From Deltaproteobacteria bacterium (GTDB taxonomy: Bacteria > JAEEML01): DNA of 59,640 nt. Positions 39,358-49,750 of the stretch are shown piece after piece (within the stretch, counting starts at the first letter, position 1; every line of letters begins with the position of its first letter). The stretch lies in assembly GCA_016283195.1 (NCBI GenBank), contig JAEEML010000144.1, forward strand, positions 1-59,640. The letters run 5' to 3'. The position numbers were made by a program, and so were the translations under genes. Under the pieces are notes generated by a model that was not told the origin of the DNA, did not search any database, and saw only the letters and a list, made by a program, of their open reading frames with translations.

Positions 39358-40317
39358 TCACTTTTGATATTCTTTATACCAGCTTATAAAGCGCGCTATG
39401 CCCTCTTCAAGTGAAGTCTTTGGCTGATAGCCGATGAGCTTTTGGGCGCGGGAAATATCGGCCCAGGTGGCGAGGACATCGCCGGCCTGCAAGGGCAAAA
39501 ATTCTTTCTCGGCCTCTTTGCCCAGGCCGCGCTCAATGAGCTCAATTAAGTGCATGAGCTCCTCGGTGTGGTTATTACCTAAATTAAGCACCTGATAAGT
39601 TGGCAAATTGGGCGTAAAAAGAGCGCCGAAAATACCGCTCACGATATCATCTATATAAGTGAAATCGCGGCGCATTTTGCCGTAATTAAATACTTTTATC
39701 GGCTTGCCGAGACGAATGGCGTCGGCAAAGAGCCAATAAGCCATATCCGGCCGCCCCCAAGGGCCGTAAACGGTAAAAAACCTCAGGCCGATAGTGGAAA
39801 AGCCGTAAAGATGACTATAACTATAGGCCATAAGCTCATTGGCCTTTTTGGTAGCCGCATAGAGGCTCACCGGGTTATCTACCGGATCTTCCTCAGAAAA
39901 TGGCTGCTTGGTATTGCCGCCGTAAACGCTGGAGGAGCTGGCGTAAACCAGGCGTTTTACTTCATTATGGCGGCAAAGCTCCAAAATATTCAAAAAGCCT
40001 TCTAGGTTGCTTTTTTGGTAGGCAAAGGGATTTTGCAAACTGTAACGCACCCCGGCCTGCGCCGCCAGATGACAAACGAGATCCGGCTTATAACGGCTAA
40101 AGAGTTCGCTAAGTTCGGCAAAATTGCAGAGGTCAAGTTTATAGCCACAAAAGCCCTTTAATTCCATGAGGTTATTATGACGTGCCTCTTTAAGGGAAAC
40201 CGCATAATAATCGTTAAAATTGTCTATGCCAATAACTTCATAGCCGGCTGCCAAGAGAGCTTTGGCCACATGAAAACCGATAAAACCGGCCGAGCCGGTT
40301 ACTAAAACAGGAGCCAC
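39358..40317 (-). CDS. UDP-glucuronate 4-epimerase family SDR
   Basis: TGSAGFIG, LAAQAGVRYS, YAATK, YGPWGRPDMA. Confidence 0.92.
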   Translation of the reverse strand: MAPVLVTGSAGFIGFHVAKALLAAGYEVIGIDNFNDYYAVSLKEARHNNLMELKGFCGYKLDLCNFAELSELFSRYKPDLVCHLAAQAGVRYSLQNPFAYQKSNLEGFLNILELCRHNEVKRLVYASSSSVYGGNTKQPFSEEDPVDNPVSLYAATKKANELMAYSYSHLYGFSTIGLRFFTVYGPWGRPDMAYWLFADAIRLGKPIKVFNYGKMRRDFTYIDDIVSGIFGALFTPNLPTYQVLNLGNNHTEELMHLIELIERGLGKEAEKEFLPLQAGDVLATWADISRAQKLIGYQPKTSLEEGIARFISWYKEYQK

Positions 40318-40336
40318 CTAACACCTCCAATCGGGC

Positions 40337-41275
40337 TTAAAAAGCCGCACTCTCCGCCGCTTTGGCCTTCCTAGCCGCCTGGCTGTTTTCTCTTAACTTT
40401 TTGAGTTCGGCCTGTAAATTGGTTTCGCTCAAGGTAACTTCATCTATCTCGGCCTGTACCTTACGCATCAGCTCAAATTCCTGCTCCATGGTGGCCAGAG
40501 CTTTAGCTGTTTGCGCTTCTGAGGCTTCCGGATTATCGCCATCAATTAAAGTGGCTTCAAGGCGGGTGGCCTTGGTACGAATGCTCTCAATCGCCTGCTG
40601 GAAGGTGGTTATTTTGCTTCTTAGGCGCTTTTCTTCCAAAAGCAGCTCATGGCTCTCCGCGATACGCTGCTCCAAAAGCTCCAAAGAAGCACTAAGCTGG
40701 TTTCTCACCATTTGGTCGGCTGTTGTTTTCAGCTGATTAATCACCGCCTCTTTTTCGCGGCCTAAAAGGGTGGGATTCTCTTCTTCTATATATTCTTCCA
40801 ATTTAATTAAATAGTTGGTTATTTTATTTATTTCGCTGACATTATGCTCAATTATGGCAATGAGCTGTGTGCCGTCGTAAGGCAGTGCTTTAACGGCTTT
40901 GGTGGCGTAGTCGGCTTGCTTTTCCACTGCTTTAAAGAGCTCATCCGGCGGCAGTTCACCGCTTATGGCCCTAATTCTGGCCACCCTTTCGGCCTCGCGG
41001 GCAGCTTTTTTCTCCTTTTGCCTAAGGAGCTTCTCGCCCTCTTCAAGAAGCACTTTGTTTTCATCTTTCCACATGAAAAAACGCACTGTTCTAAAGAGGC
41101 GTATCAGCCCCCAAAAACCGCAGGCATACAAAACACCCGGCCAAAGAAAGACTCCGATAGCGGTCAGAGAGACAAAAGCCAAAGATAAATTAATAAGCGA
41201 ACGGCGACGACTTTTATATTCATTATAAGTGCGCTCGGCCTTAGGAATCTCTTGGGGTGGTTTTAATAAGCTCAT
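40337..41275 (-). CDS. Two-TM plus coiled-coil hypothetical protein
   Basis: Hydrophobic hairpin then long heptad-rich region. Confidence 0.65.
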   Translation of the reverse strand: MSLLKPPQEIPKAERTYNEYKSRRRSLINLSLAFVSLTAIGVFLWPGVLYACGFWGLIRLFRTVRFFMWKDENKVLLEEGEKLLRQKEKKAAREAERVARIRAISGELPPDELFKAVEKQADYATKAVKALPYDGTQLIAIIEHNVSEINKITNYLIKLEEYIEEENPTLLGREKEAVINQLKTTADQMVRNQLSASLELLEQRIAESHELLLEEKRLRSKITTFQQAIESIRTKATRLEATLIDGDNPEASEAQTAKALATMEQEFELMRKVQAEIDEVTLSETNLQAELKKLRENSQAARKAKAAESAAF

Positions 41276-41396
41276 AATAACCTCATAGCAAAACAAAACT
41301 CAAAACCCCTTATAATTGGTACGCAAAAAAATTGAAAGATACTCTCTAAATGCTAGAGTGCATCTCGGCCTCCCGGGGAGGGCAGAGGAGTTAGAG

Positions 41397-42410
41397 TTGA
41401 AAAAGGTTATCATCTTACTATTATTTATGATTATCGCCGTTACCGCCGGCGGTTGGTACACTATCATCAATTATCTTTCCGGCCCCGGTAAAAACGAAAA
41501 ACCGGCCTATATCACCATAAAAAACGGTATGTCGATGAACAGCGCGGCCGAAGCTCTGGCCCGCGAAGGGATAATCGACCACCCCACTTGGTTTTACTAT
41601 TACGCCCGGGCCACCAAGCAAACCACGCTAAAAGCCGGCGAATATGAGATTCCCCCGCATGCCACCCCGGAACAAGTCTTAAAAATACTCTTAAGCGGCC
41701 AGGTAGTGCAGCTTTCCGTAACCATTCCAGAGGGACTTAACTCCTTTGAAATATTTAAGATTATCGAAGATGCCGGTTTAGGAAACGCCAGGGATTTGCA
41801 AAAAGAGTGCGAGAGCAAAGCTTTTATTGCCGCCATGGAACTCCCCGGCCCTACTTGCGAGGGTTATCTCTTCCCGGAGACTTATCGTTTTGCTCGCCAT
41901 TTGCCGGCCAAAACCCTCTTAAGCGGCATGATGAACCTCTTTAAAAAGAATTTTACCAAGGAAATAGAGAGCGCCGGAGCCAAGGTGGGCCTCTCGCCGC
42001 GAGAAATTGTTACTTTAGCCTCCATCATCCAGAAAGAAACCGGCATAGACAGCGAAATGCCGCATATTTCCAGCGTCTTTCATAATCGCCTGGCCAAAAA
42101 TATGCGCCTGGAAACCGATCCGACGGTAATTTATGCCGAAATTCTCGACACCGGCCGTTTTGACGGCGATATTTCTTATAGCGATTTGCGCCGCGAACAC
42201 CCTTATAATACTTATAAAAACACCGGCTTACCGCCGGGCCCCATTGCCAGCCCCGGAAAAAAAGCCCTGGATGCCGCTGTGCATCCCGATAACGGGCGCG
42301 ACCTCTTTTTTGTGGCCACCGGCGACGGCGGGCATGAATTTTGCCCCACTTATGATTGCCATTTAAAGGCTACAGAGCGCTATTTGCGTAAACTCAGAGG
42401 CAAAAAATGA
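41397..42410 (+). CDS. mltG: Endolytic transglycosylase MltG
   Basis: EGYLFPETY, LASIIQKET, DPTVIY, YNTY...GLPPGPI; TTG start after GAGGAG. Confidence 0.94.
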   Translation: MKKVIILLLFMIIAVTAGGWYTIINYLSGPGKNEKPAYITIKNGMSMNSAAEALAREGIIDHPTWFYYYARATKQTTLKAGEYEIPPHATPEQVLKILLSGQVVQLSVTIPEGLNSFEIFKIIEDAGLGNARDLQKECESKAFIAAMELPGPTCEGYLFPETYRFARHLPAKTLLSGMMNLFKKNFTKEIESAGAKVGLSPREIVTLASIIQKETGIDSEMPHISSVFHNRLAKNMRLETDPTVIYAEILDTGRFDGDISYSDLRREHPYNTYKNTGLPPGPIASPGKKALDAAVHPDNGRDLFFVATGDGGHEFCPTYDCHLKATERYLRKLRGKK

Positions 42411-43351
42411 GTGCCCCTGACGGACTCGCTACCGAACTTACCGCTGAGCTTGCCGCTTATTATGATTATCTCACCATTGAGCGCAACAGATCCCCGCGCA
42501 CAGTTGAGAGCTATGAGAGCGATTTAAAACAATTTTTAGAATTTTTAGCCGCGCAAAATGAGCCTAGTCTTAAAGGGCTTAACCAGCGCCTGGTGCGTAA
42601 GTATTTAATTGCCCGCGATAAAGCGGGAGACGGGCCGGCAACGCGCAATCGCAAACTCACCAGCATCCGCTCTTTTCTCCATTATCTTTACCGCCGCGGT
42701 AAAATTAAAGACGATTTCAGCGACCTCTTACAAAGCGCCAAAATGCCCAAAAGATTGCCGCGCAACATCAGCGAAGATGAGGCACAAAATCTTTTGGAAG
42801 AGCCGGAAGTGCCCAAAAAAATTCACGATTCATTAGAGCCATGGCGTCTTCAGAGAGACCACATTATCGCTACTTTGCTCTATGCCACGGGCATCCGGGT
42901 CAGCGAATTAACCGGGCTCACTTTGGGGAGCCTTTCCATTGCCGGGCGCATGATTAAAGTAATGGGCAAAGGCCGCAAAGAGCGCATTGTACCCTTGCCG
43001 GAAGCCATTTTGGGTGATCTGGAATACTATTTACAAAAAGTGCGCCCGACTCTGCTTGGCGGCAAAGAGAGCCAGGCGCTCTTTCCCGGGCCGGACGGCA
43101 GGCCGCTCACCCGCCAAAGCGTAAATTTGCGCCTCGCCGCTCTGGGGCAGGGAAACGGCCTTATGAAACACATTACTCCCCACATGTTGCGCCATAGTTA
43201 TGCCACCCATCTTTTGGCTCATCATGCCGACTTGCGCTCTATTCAGTTGCTTTTGGGCCACACCGGTTTAGGTGCCACCCAGCGCTACACCGCTTTAAGT
43301 TTGCAAGAATTGCAAGATACTTATTTAAAAGCCCACCCGCACGGCAAGTAA
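42407..43351 (+). CDS. XerC/XerD-family tyrosine recombinase
   Basis: ATGIRVSEL, GKGRKER, PHMLRHSYATHLL, LLGH, TQRYT; catalytic set intact. Confidence 0.93.
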   Translation: MSAPDGLATELTAELAAYYDYLTIERNRSPRTVESYESDLKQFLEFLAAQNEPSLKGLNQRLVRKYLIARDKAGDGPATRNRKLTSIRSFLHYLYRRGKIKDDFSDLLQSAKMPKRLPRNISEDEAQNLLEEPEVPKKIHDSLEPWRLQRDHIIATLLYATGIRVSELTGLTLGSLSIAGRMIKVMGKGRKERIVPLPEAILGDLEYYLQKVRPTLLGGKESQALFPGPDGRPLTRQSVNLRLAALGQGNGLMKHITPHMLRHSYATHLLAHHADLRSIQLLLGHTGLGATQRYTALSLQELQDTYLKAHPHGK

Positions 43352-43454
43352 TCACCGCGGGCCGGCGGCAAAAGTCATTGACAGAGAGAGAGAGGATTGG
43401 TAGCAAGATATTTGGCTTTTTTTAGCCTTTGTGCCTCTTTATAAAGGTTTGGTT

Positions 43455-45794
43455 ATGGCCAGCGAACTGGAAATGATGGAAGATGAGCCGACTCCGGTTG
43501 ATGCCGGAACGGATCCCAATATTCAAGCGGAAACGGTTGATGAAGATGATGGCGCTCCCGGCGAGCACACCATGATTGATACCGGCCTTTTGGCCGAATT
43601 TATGGCCGCTCATCCGGAAGATGAGCTGGCAAAGAAAGCCGCCGGAGCCGCGAATGCCGCCGCTTCACCGTTTGCCGAAGATGAAGAACCGGCCGAGGGC
43701 AAGACTTCTATAGCCTCTCTCGATGATATTCAGGCAGCTGCCGAAGAGGCCAATACCCAAAGGACCGCCCCGCCGGAGCCGGTAAAAGCCCGGCCTAAAG
43801 ATCAGCATGAGCACCGCCGCCGGCAAGGAGCGCCGGAAAAAGCCGGGCTCAAGCCCAAGCATCACGCTCTTAAAAACAAGCCGCTACAAGAAGAGCAACC
43901 AGGTACGCTCGATTTCAATACTTTAAATTCGCCGGTGGAAAAAGCTGTAAAGCCGTTTCTGGAAGATCTGCCGCGCAAAGAAGTCAAACAAGCGCCTATT
44001 GATCAAAAAATTCCCACTGCCAGTGTAAAAGCCCCTATTACTTCCGCTCCGGTGGAAGAGATGGAGGATATGTGGGACAACATTGACGACCAGGATATGG
44101 TGGAATGGAGCTCCAGATCGGCCGAGCATCAAGCTCCGGTAATAGAGCCCCAGGCCGAAGCCGCCCAAATAGCTGCTGGCGCTATGGCTGCCGCTGCTCC
44201 GGCCGCAAGCGATAATGTTCCGCGCCTCATTTGCCTAGCCGGCGAATTACATGGCCAGATTTTTCCTTTAAGCGACAAAGAGGTGGTGGTTGGGCGCCAT
44301 GATGATTGCTCAATTATTTTGCGCGATACTTCCATGTCGCGCCACCATGCCATTATTGCGCGGCACGAAGGTGTCTATGTTGTTACCGATCAAAAAAGCA
44401 GCAACGGCACTTTTGTCAACGGACAGCGCATAGAAAAAGCTCGCTTAAGAAGCGGCGATGAAGTTGTTTTCGGCAATGTGGCTTTTAGATTTTTAGAAGC
44501 CGGTGATACCGTAAACAGCGCCGCTCCGCTGGCCGTAAAACCGGGACAAAAGGCGCCGAAAGCCGCACAGCCGACAACTACCGGCCGTCTGCCCAAACGT
44601 TTTTTGGCCGCTGCCGCCGGTGTCACTGTTCTCATGGCTATATTTATGGGCATTATTATCAATAAATTGCGCACACCGGTAAACGATCAGATAGATGCTG
44701 CGCAAATAAGAGCTATTTTTGAAGGCGGCGTCTCGGCTTTTAGAGGCCGCAAATGGAACGAAAGCCTAAACCGCTTTACTGCCCTTTCGCAATTTGAACC
44801 CGGTAGCCAGCTGATAAAGCGCTATATCGAGCGCATAAAACAGGAAACCGAAGTAGAGCAACGCCTAAACTCCATTCAAGATATAATAAGCAAAAAGCGC
44901 TTTGTAGATGCTGTTGTTCTGCTGGAAAAGGTGCCAGAAGAAACCGTTTACAAAGCCGAGGTGAGCGGCCTCAAAGGGCAGATTGAAAACGAAGCGCAAA
45001 AAGAGATAAACAAAGTCCAAGAAGTAATTGACGGCGATGCGGCTGCCGATGCTGTGCCGATGATCGAGGCCTTGCGCCAAACGCTGCCCACTTCTTTCCA
45101 TGGCCAGCTGGATAATTTACTAGCCGCCATAAATCAAAAACAGGAAGAGCTTAAAGAAAAGGAAGCCAGCGAAGCACGCCAGGCCAGTCAGCAGCGCTAT
45201 GCCAGTATCCGCAAAAAAACCGATTCCACAGCTAACCAGGCCATTAACCTCTTTAAAGAGCGGAAAATAGCCGCTGCCCTCAAGCTGCTGGAAGCTAACG
45301 GCGCCCCCAATCAATCAGCCCAGGCCGAGCTCGTTTCTTTATATAATAAGATTACAAAATTCGATGAAGCTTACCAAAGCGCCCGCCAGGAATGGCAATT
45401 CAAAAATGTAGAAGCAGCTATTCCCATGCTCCGCAAAGCTCTCACTTTGGAGAGCAAAATTGCTTCCGGTAAATCTCCTCAGGCTGCTGAACTCAGGCAG
45501 TGGCAAGCCGATATGCTCTTCATAAAAGGTATGCGCTCTTATAGCGCCAAACAGTACCCGCTGGCTTTCCAAAATTTCCAGGAAGCGGTGAACCTCTACC
45601 CCGGCCACACTCAAAGCCAGAACAAGCTAAAGGAAATATCGGATATGGCCGATGAAATGTACCGCAAAGCTTACATTATGAAAGGCACCGATCCCACCCA
45701 GTGCAAAGCTCTTTTGAATCAGGTTTTGCGCATGGTTTCTTCCGGTAATCCGCTTTATAGCAAAGCCCGCGACCTGCTCTCCACCCTGCCGTAA
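43455..45794 (+). CDS. FHA-domain membrane protein with acidic disordered N-terminus and C-terminal TPR-like helices
   Basis: VGRH, SRHHA, SSNGTFVNG; one TM; TPR-like C-terminus. Confidence 0.82.
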   Translation: MASELEMMEDEPTPVDAGTDPNIQAETVDEDDGAPGEHTMIDTGLLAEFMAAHPEDELAKKAAGAANAAASPFAEDEEPAEGKTSIASLDDIQAAAEEANTQRTAPPEPVKARPKDQHEHRRRQGAPEKAGLKPKHHALKNKPLQEEQPGTLDFNTLNSPVEKAVKPFLEDLPRKEVKQAPIDQKIPTASVKAPITSAPVEEMEDMWDNIDDQDMVEWSSRSAEHQAPVIEPQAEAAQIAAGAMAAAAPAASDNVPRLICLAGELHGQIFPLSDKEVVVGRHDDCSIILRDTSMSRHHAIIARHEGVYVVTDQKSSNGTFVNGQRIEKARLRSGDEVVFGNVAFRFLEAGDTVNSAAPLAVKPGQKAPKAAQPTTTGRLPKRFLAAAAGVTVLMAIFMGIIINKLRTPVNDQIDAAQIRAIFEGGVSAFRGRKWNESLNRFTALSQFEPGSQLIKRYIERIKQETEVEQRLNSIQDIISKKRFVDAVVLLEKVPEETVYKAEVSGLKGQIENEAQKEINKVQEVIDGDAAADAVPMIEALRQTLPTSFHGQLDNLLAAINQKQEELKEKEASEARQASQQRYASIRKKTDSTANQAINLFKERKIAAALKLLEANGAPNQSAQAELVSLYNKITKFDEAYQSARQEWQFKNVEAAIPMLRKALTLESKIASGKSPQAAELRQWQADMLFIKGMRSYSAKQYPLAFQNFQEAVNLYPGHTQSQNKLKEISDMADEMYRKAYIMKGTDPTQCKALLNQVLRMVSSGNPLYSKARDLLSTLP

Positions 45795-45848
45795 AAGCTT
45801 TAAGTGGCGTATTTTTAAAAGAAACTTCCTCTTTATATGTCTTTTTAG

Positions 45849-45875
45849 TTGACTCAAAAAAAAAAAAAATAGACT
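45849..45875 (+). promoter_or_regulatory. Sigma70-like promoter with poly(A)14 spacer
   Basis: TTGACT-C(A)14-TAGACT, 15-nt spacer, upstream of fibre module 2. Confidence 0.65.
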
Positions 45876-45948
45876 AATTTATGTTAGATTGTATCAAAAC
45901 GTCTAACACTGGCATATTTAAGCCTTTAAACAGGCCGAGGAGGGCAAA

Positions 45949-46584
45949 ATGAGGCGGACAATCTTAGTAATGGGTGTCTTACTCTTACCGCTTTTGTTGA
46001 GCAGCTGTTCCAATAAACCGGAACAGAATGTGCCGCGCACCAGAGGCGTTAACGAAGCATGTGATGACACAAAAAACCTCTGTGTGGACGGGCTATATTG
46101 CGACAACGGCAAATGCCGCGAATTGTGCAACGAAAACGCCCCCTGCGGCAGTAATGAAAAATGCATTGATAATCGCTGTGTGCCTTGGAGCAATCCAGGT
46201 AGCAATACCGATATTCCAGGTAGTAACACCGATGAGCCTGGCAGCAATACCGATCTTCCCGGCACACAATCACTGGGCGATAATTGCGATGCGCAAAACA
46301 AATGCGCTTCTGGCCTCTCCTGCCTTAGCGGCACCTGTCACAAAAATTGTCAAAATAGCTCAGAATGCCAGACAGGCGAAGAGTGTAGAAATAGTGTTTG
46401 TCAGTTGCCACAAATAGCCGGGGAGACAAACAAAGTGGCTCTGCCGGCCGGCGGCGGACTCACCAACATTGCCGGAAAAACCCAAGGCTCGCGCTACAAA
46501 GTGGAAATACTGGGCGGCGCCATGTCCGGGGCGGCCAAGGGAACTCAAAACTCTGTACAAATCAACGAAGGCTCTTGGAAATAG
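45949..46584 (+). CDS. Cys-rich lipoprotein with C-terminal GSW tail; partner of fibre 2
   Basis: Lipobox LSSC; four 4-Cys modules; ends QINEGSWK. Confidence 0.75.
   Translation: MRRTILVMGVLLLPLLLSSCSNKPEQNVPRTRGVNEACDDTKNLCVDGLYCDNGKCRELCNENAPCGSNEKCIDNRCVPWSNPGSNTDIPGSNTDEPGSNTDLPGTQSLGDNCDAQNKCASGLSCLSGTCHKNCQNSSECQTGEECRNSVCQLPQIAGETNKVALPAGGGLTNIAGKTQGSRYKVEILGGAMSGAAKGTQNSVQINEGSWK
46195..46257 (+). repeat. Three 21-nt coding repeats (PGSNTDx)
   Basis: CCAGGTAGCAATACCGATATT / CCAGGTAGTAACACCGATGAG / CCTGGCAGCAATACCGATCTT. Confidence 0.85.
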
Positions 46585-46602
46585 AGCATAAAGGAGCAAA
46601 CT

Positions 46603-48171
46603 ATGAGAAAGAGCATTTTAAGAGGACTTATGGCTTTTGCCCTGCTGGCGGGCAGCACAACTATGGCAAAGGCCGATGTGGCAAATGTACCGCTCTCTTT
46701 TACTCATCACGGCCTTATTTGGGACGGTGATGAGCTGGCTAGCGGCAACATCAGCATCACCGCCACCATTTATGATGGGGAGGGCAATGCCATCAAAACG
46801 GTTACTAAAGAAGTTACCGTGGAAAATGGCTTTTATAACCTCACCATAGACGAATTAAGCCTTGATGCCATTTTAGCCGCCAAAGACAAATTGGAGCTGG
46901 GCCTAAAAATCGGCGATGATGAAATGGCCGCCCATATTCCCATTTCTTCGGTGCCTTTTGCCATAAGAGCGGCTCATGCCGATAGCGCCTCGACAGCTGC
47001 AAACCTGAGCTGTGACCACTGTGTGACAGAGGATTTGCTCTCAGGAGATATCAATTTAAAACTGGCCAATAGCGGTAACTCTTCCGGAGAAATGGTTATC
47101 CCCAATGGCTCAATCAACAACGAAAAAATTGATTTTAATTATGCCGCTTCCAATGCCAAAGGCGGCCCGGCGACAGAGCTTGCAGCTGAAGTTGTTACCA
47201 CAAACACCATCAAAGAGCTGGCAGTTACCTCCACTAAACTCGCTAACGGCGCCGTTACCAAAGACAAACTAGGCGACAGCTCCGTCGATAGCGCCAAAAT
47301 TTCCGATGGGACAGTTGAACTGGCTGATTTGCATGTGGACTCGGTCAATAGCGCTAAAATTGTCGATGGCTCTATCACTGCCGATGATTTGGGAGCAGAT
47401 TCAGTAATAACAGCCAAAATACTGGATAAAAATGTTACCAATGCCAAATTGGCGGACAATGCTGTAACCACCGACAAAATAGCCAACGGCACCATCACTA
47501 ATGATGATATTAAAAATGGTACCATCGGTTACGGTAAAGTTGTGGCCTCAGAATTTTTAAACAAAATGTATCCTGTGGGCTCTATATATATCAGCACTGC
47601 TCTCAAGACAGCCGCGGAAGTTGCCAGTGCCCTGGGCGGCGGTACATGGGAAGCTTATGCGGCCGGGCGCGTTTTAGTTGGCGTTGGTACAAGCGACCAA
47701 AGTTTCACAATAGGCACCAATTCCGGATCCAGCACAACCAGTTACACACCGGTTGGAACAGTTGGAGGCCACACACTTACTGTAGCTGAGATACCGTCTC
47801 ACAATCACTCATTTACAGGCTCAGCGGCAACAATTACCGTAAAAGGCGGAGATCACACCCATGGTCCAGGTACCCTAACGGGAAAATATTATGGTCGCGA
47901 TAATGATAATAGTGGCGAAACTGTATTTGGTGCTCAAATGGATAACTATAGCGCTTATGATACCTGGGCAAAAGATGGCTCTGTGGTGATCAACGGTGGC
48001 AAGACAGCCGCTTCCGGTAGCCTAACATTGACAGGTTCTTATACTCCAGCTGGGTCTATCGGAAATAAAGGTGGCGGCGGCTCACACAATCACAGTTTCA
48101 CCGGCACCAGCGCCAAAATCAGCACCTTGCAACCTTACATTGTTGTTTATATGTGGCGGCGCAAAGCATAA
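46603..48171 (+). CDS. Secreted phage-tail-fibre-like protein (fibre 2)
   Basis: Signal peptide; VPLSFTHHG...VPFAIRA; 10-aa VTxxKIADGA-like repeats; MYPVGSIYIS...LQPYIVVYMWRR tip. Confidence 0.82.
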   Translation: MRKSILRGLMAFALLAGSTTMAKADVANVPLSFTHHGLIWDGDELASGNISITATIYDGEGNAIKTVTKEVTVENGFYNLTIDELSLDAILAAKDKLELGLKIGDDEMAAHIPISSVPFAIRAAHADSASTAANLSCDHCVTEDLLSGDINLKLANSGNSSGEMVIPNGSINNEKIDFNYAASNAKGGPATELAAEVVTTNTIKELAVTSTKLANGAVTKDKLGDSSVDSAKISDGTVELADLHVDSVNSAKIVDGSITADDLGADSVITAKILDKNVTNAKLADNAVTTDKIANGTITNDDIKNGTIGYGKVVASEFLNKMYPVGSIYISTALKTAAEVASALGGGTWEAYAAGRVLVGVGTSDQSFTIGTNSGSSTTSYTPVGTVGGHTLTVAEIPSHNHSFTGSAATITVKGGDHTHGPGTLTGKYYGRDNDNSGETVFGAQMDNYSAYDTWAKDGSVVINGGKTAASGSLTLTGSYTPAGSIGNKGGGGSHNHSFTGTSAKISTLQPYIVVYMWRRKA

Positions 48172-48252
48172 GCCAAGCTTATTTCCTTTTTTAATCTCTT
48201 AAAAGAAACTTTACCTTAGATATTCTCCACAGTAAGTAGCGGAGTGCCTGCT

Positions 48253-49587
48253 TTAGTCCAGCTTGGGTTCGTTATTCAGCATGAGTACAGGTTGGCCGGT
48301 GGCTTCCAAAACATCGCGCCAGAGAGAGCTCTCCGGGCTCACGCAGTTGCGCTTAGAAACGGAAACTGCCGTTGGAATATGCACAATTTTATTATTCACC
48401 TGAGCAATCAGGCATTTGGTGCGCCCGCTCATGGCGGCATGCACGGCGTTGGTGCCGAGCCGGGCGCAGTAAATGGCATCACTGGGGCTCGCCGGAATAG
48501 CTCTTATGATATAGCTGGGGTCGATATAGCGCAGGCCGATATCAATATTTTTTTCGGCAAAATAAGCCTGAATACCAGCCTTTAAAAAGGTGCCGATATC
48601 GCCTAATTTTTTATTGCCGGAAGCATCGCAGCCGAGAGAGGCTTTAAGGTGCTCCTGCCCTGCCCCTTCGGCCACCAGCACCACAGCGTGGTTATTGGCC
48701 AAAACCCGTTTTTCGAGAGCGGCGTAAAAGCCGTTATCGCCATATAGGTCAAAGGGCACTTCGGGAATGAGCACAAAATCGACATCGCTGCTGGCAAGTG
48801 CCGTATTAACAGCAATAAAGCCCGATTCGCGGCCCATAACTTTTACCAAACTGATGCCGCGAATGGCGCCTCTCGCCTCCACATTGGCGCAGGTGATAAC
48901 TTTGCTGGCCTCGGCTACCGCCGTTTCAAAACCAAAAGAGCGCTGAATAAAGGAGAGGTCGTTGTCGATGGTCTTGGGAATGCCCACCACTGCCACTTTG
49001 AGCTTTCTGGCCTCTATTTCTTCGGCAATAGCCAGCGCTCCCCGCTGCGTACCGTCGCCGCCGATAGCGAAGAGCATGGAAATACCAAGGCGCTCAATAG
49101 CATCGACAATCTCCGGCACGCGGTTGCCACCGCGCGAGGAGCCCAAAATAGTGCCGCCCAAAGTGTGAATATTATCCACTATTTCCGGATTAAGCTCCAT
49201 GGTTGGAATGGCATATTCCGGCAAAAAGCCGCGATAACCGTAACGAATACCGGTGATGCGCCTTACGCCGTATTGATTCCAAAGGCACATAACAATAGCT
49301 CTTATAACGGCATTCAGGCCCGGGCAGAGGCCACCGCAGGTAACAATGGCGGCATGGACTTTTGAGGGATCAAAATAGATATATTCCCGCGGGCCGGCCT
49401 TTTCCAAAAGGTCTTCACGGCGGTAGCTTTTAGGAGCGTCCGGAGCACCGTAATGGTCGGGAATAATCAAATCGGCATCTGTAACATAATTGGCAATTAA
49501 GTCATCGGCAACTTTGGATAATTTAATTGGTGAGGGTATCTTGGCCGCCCCCAGAGTGGAAATAGTAAAATCTTGCTGTTCGGTCAT
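48253..49587 (-). CDS. pfkA: ATP-dependent 6-phosphofructokinase
   Basis: TCGGLCPGLN, GGDGT, PKTIDND, MGRESG. Confidence 0.92.
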   Translation of the reverse strand: MTEQQDFTISTLGAAKIPSPIKLSKVADDLIANYVTDADLIIPDHYGAPDAPKSYRREDLLEKAGPREYIYFDPSKVHAAIVTCGGLCPGLNAVIRAIVMCLWNQYGVRRITGIRYGYRGFLPEYAIPTMELNPEIVDNIHTLGGTILGSSRGGNRVPEIVDAIERLGISMLFAIGGDGTQRGALAIAEEIEARKLKVAVVGIPKTIDNDLSFIQRSFGFETAVAEASKVITCANVEARGAIRGISLVKVMGRESGFIAVNTALASSDVDFVLIPEVPFDLYGDNGFYAALEKRVLANNHAVVLVAEGAGQEHLKASLGCDASGNKKLGDIGTFLKAGIQAYFAEKNIDIGLRYIDPSYIIRAIPASPSDAIYCARLGTNAVHAAMSGRTKCLIAQVNNKIVHIPTAVSVSKRNCVSPESSLWRDVLEATGQPVLMLNNEPKLD

Positions 49588-49750
49588 AAATATGTAGCTC
49601 CCTGTTATTGCCGGCTCGGCAATATGATTCATTGTCTCTATAGATCGGCGGAAGCTATTCTTCAATATCTTTGGCCAGCTTCTTTATTAAGCACCTTTTG
49701 AGTGTTGTCAGTTTTTTATAGCTTTACTAGAGTAGTGAGGCGGAGGCCCG

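Noticed and set aside
42407-43351. Integron or phage integrase driving the FISUMP array
   Set aside because: Looks like housekeeping XerC/D coupled to mltG, no obvious IntI-specific insertion, and more than 11 kb from the array
45862-45889. dif site (TTATGTTAGAT resembles a XerD arm)
   Set aside because: The XerC-arm position is occupied by poly(A), so the 28-bp structure is absent
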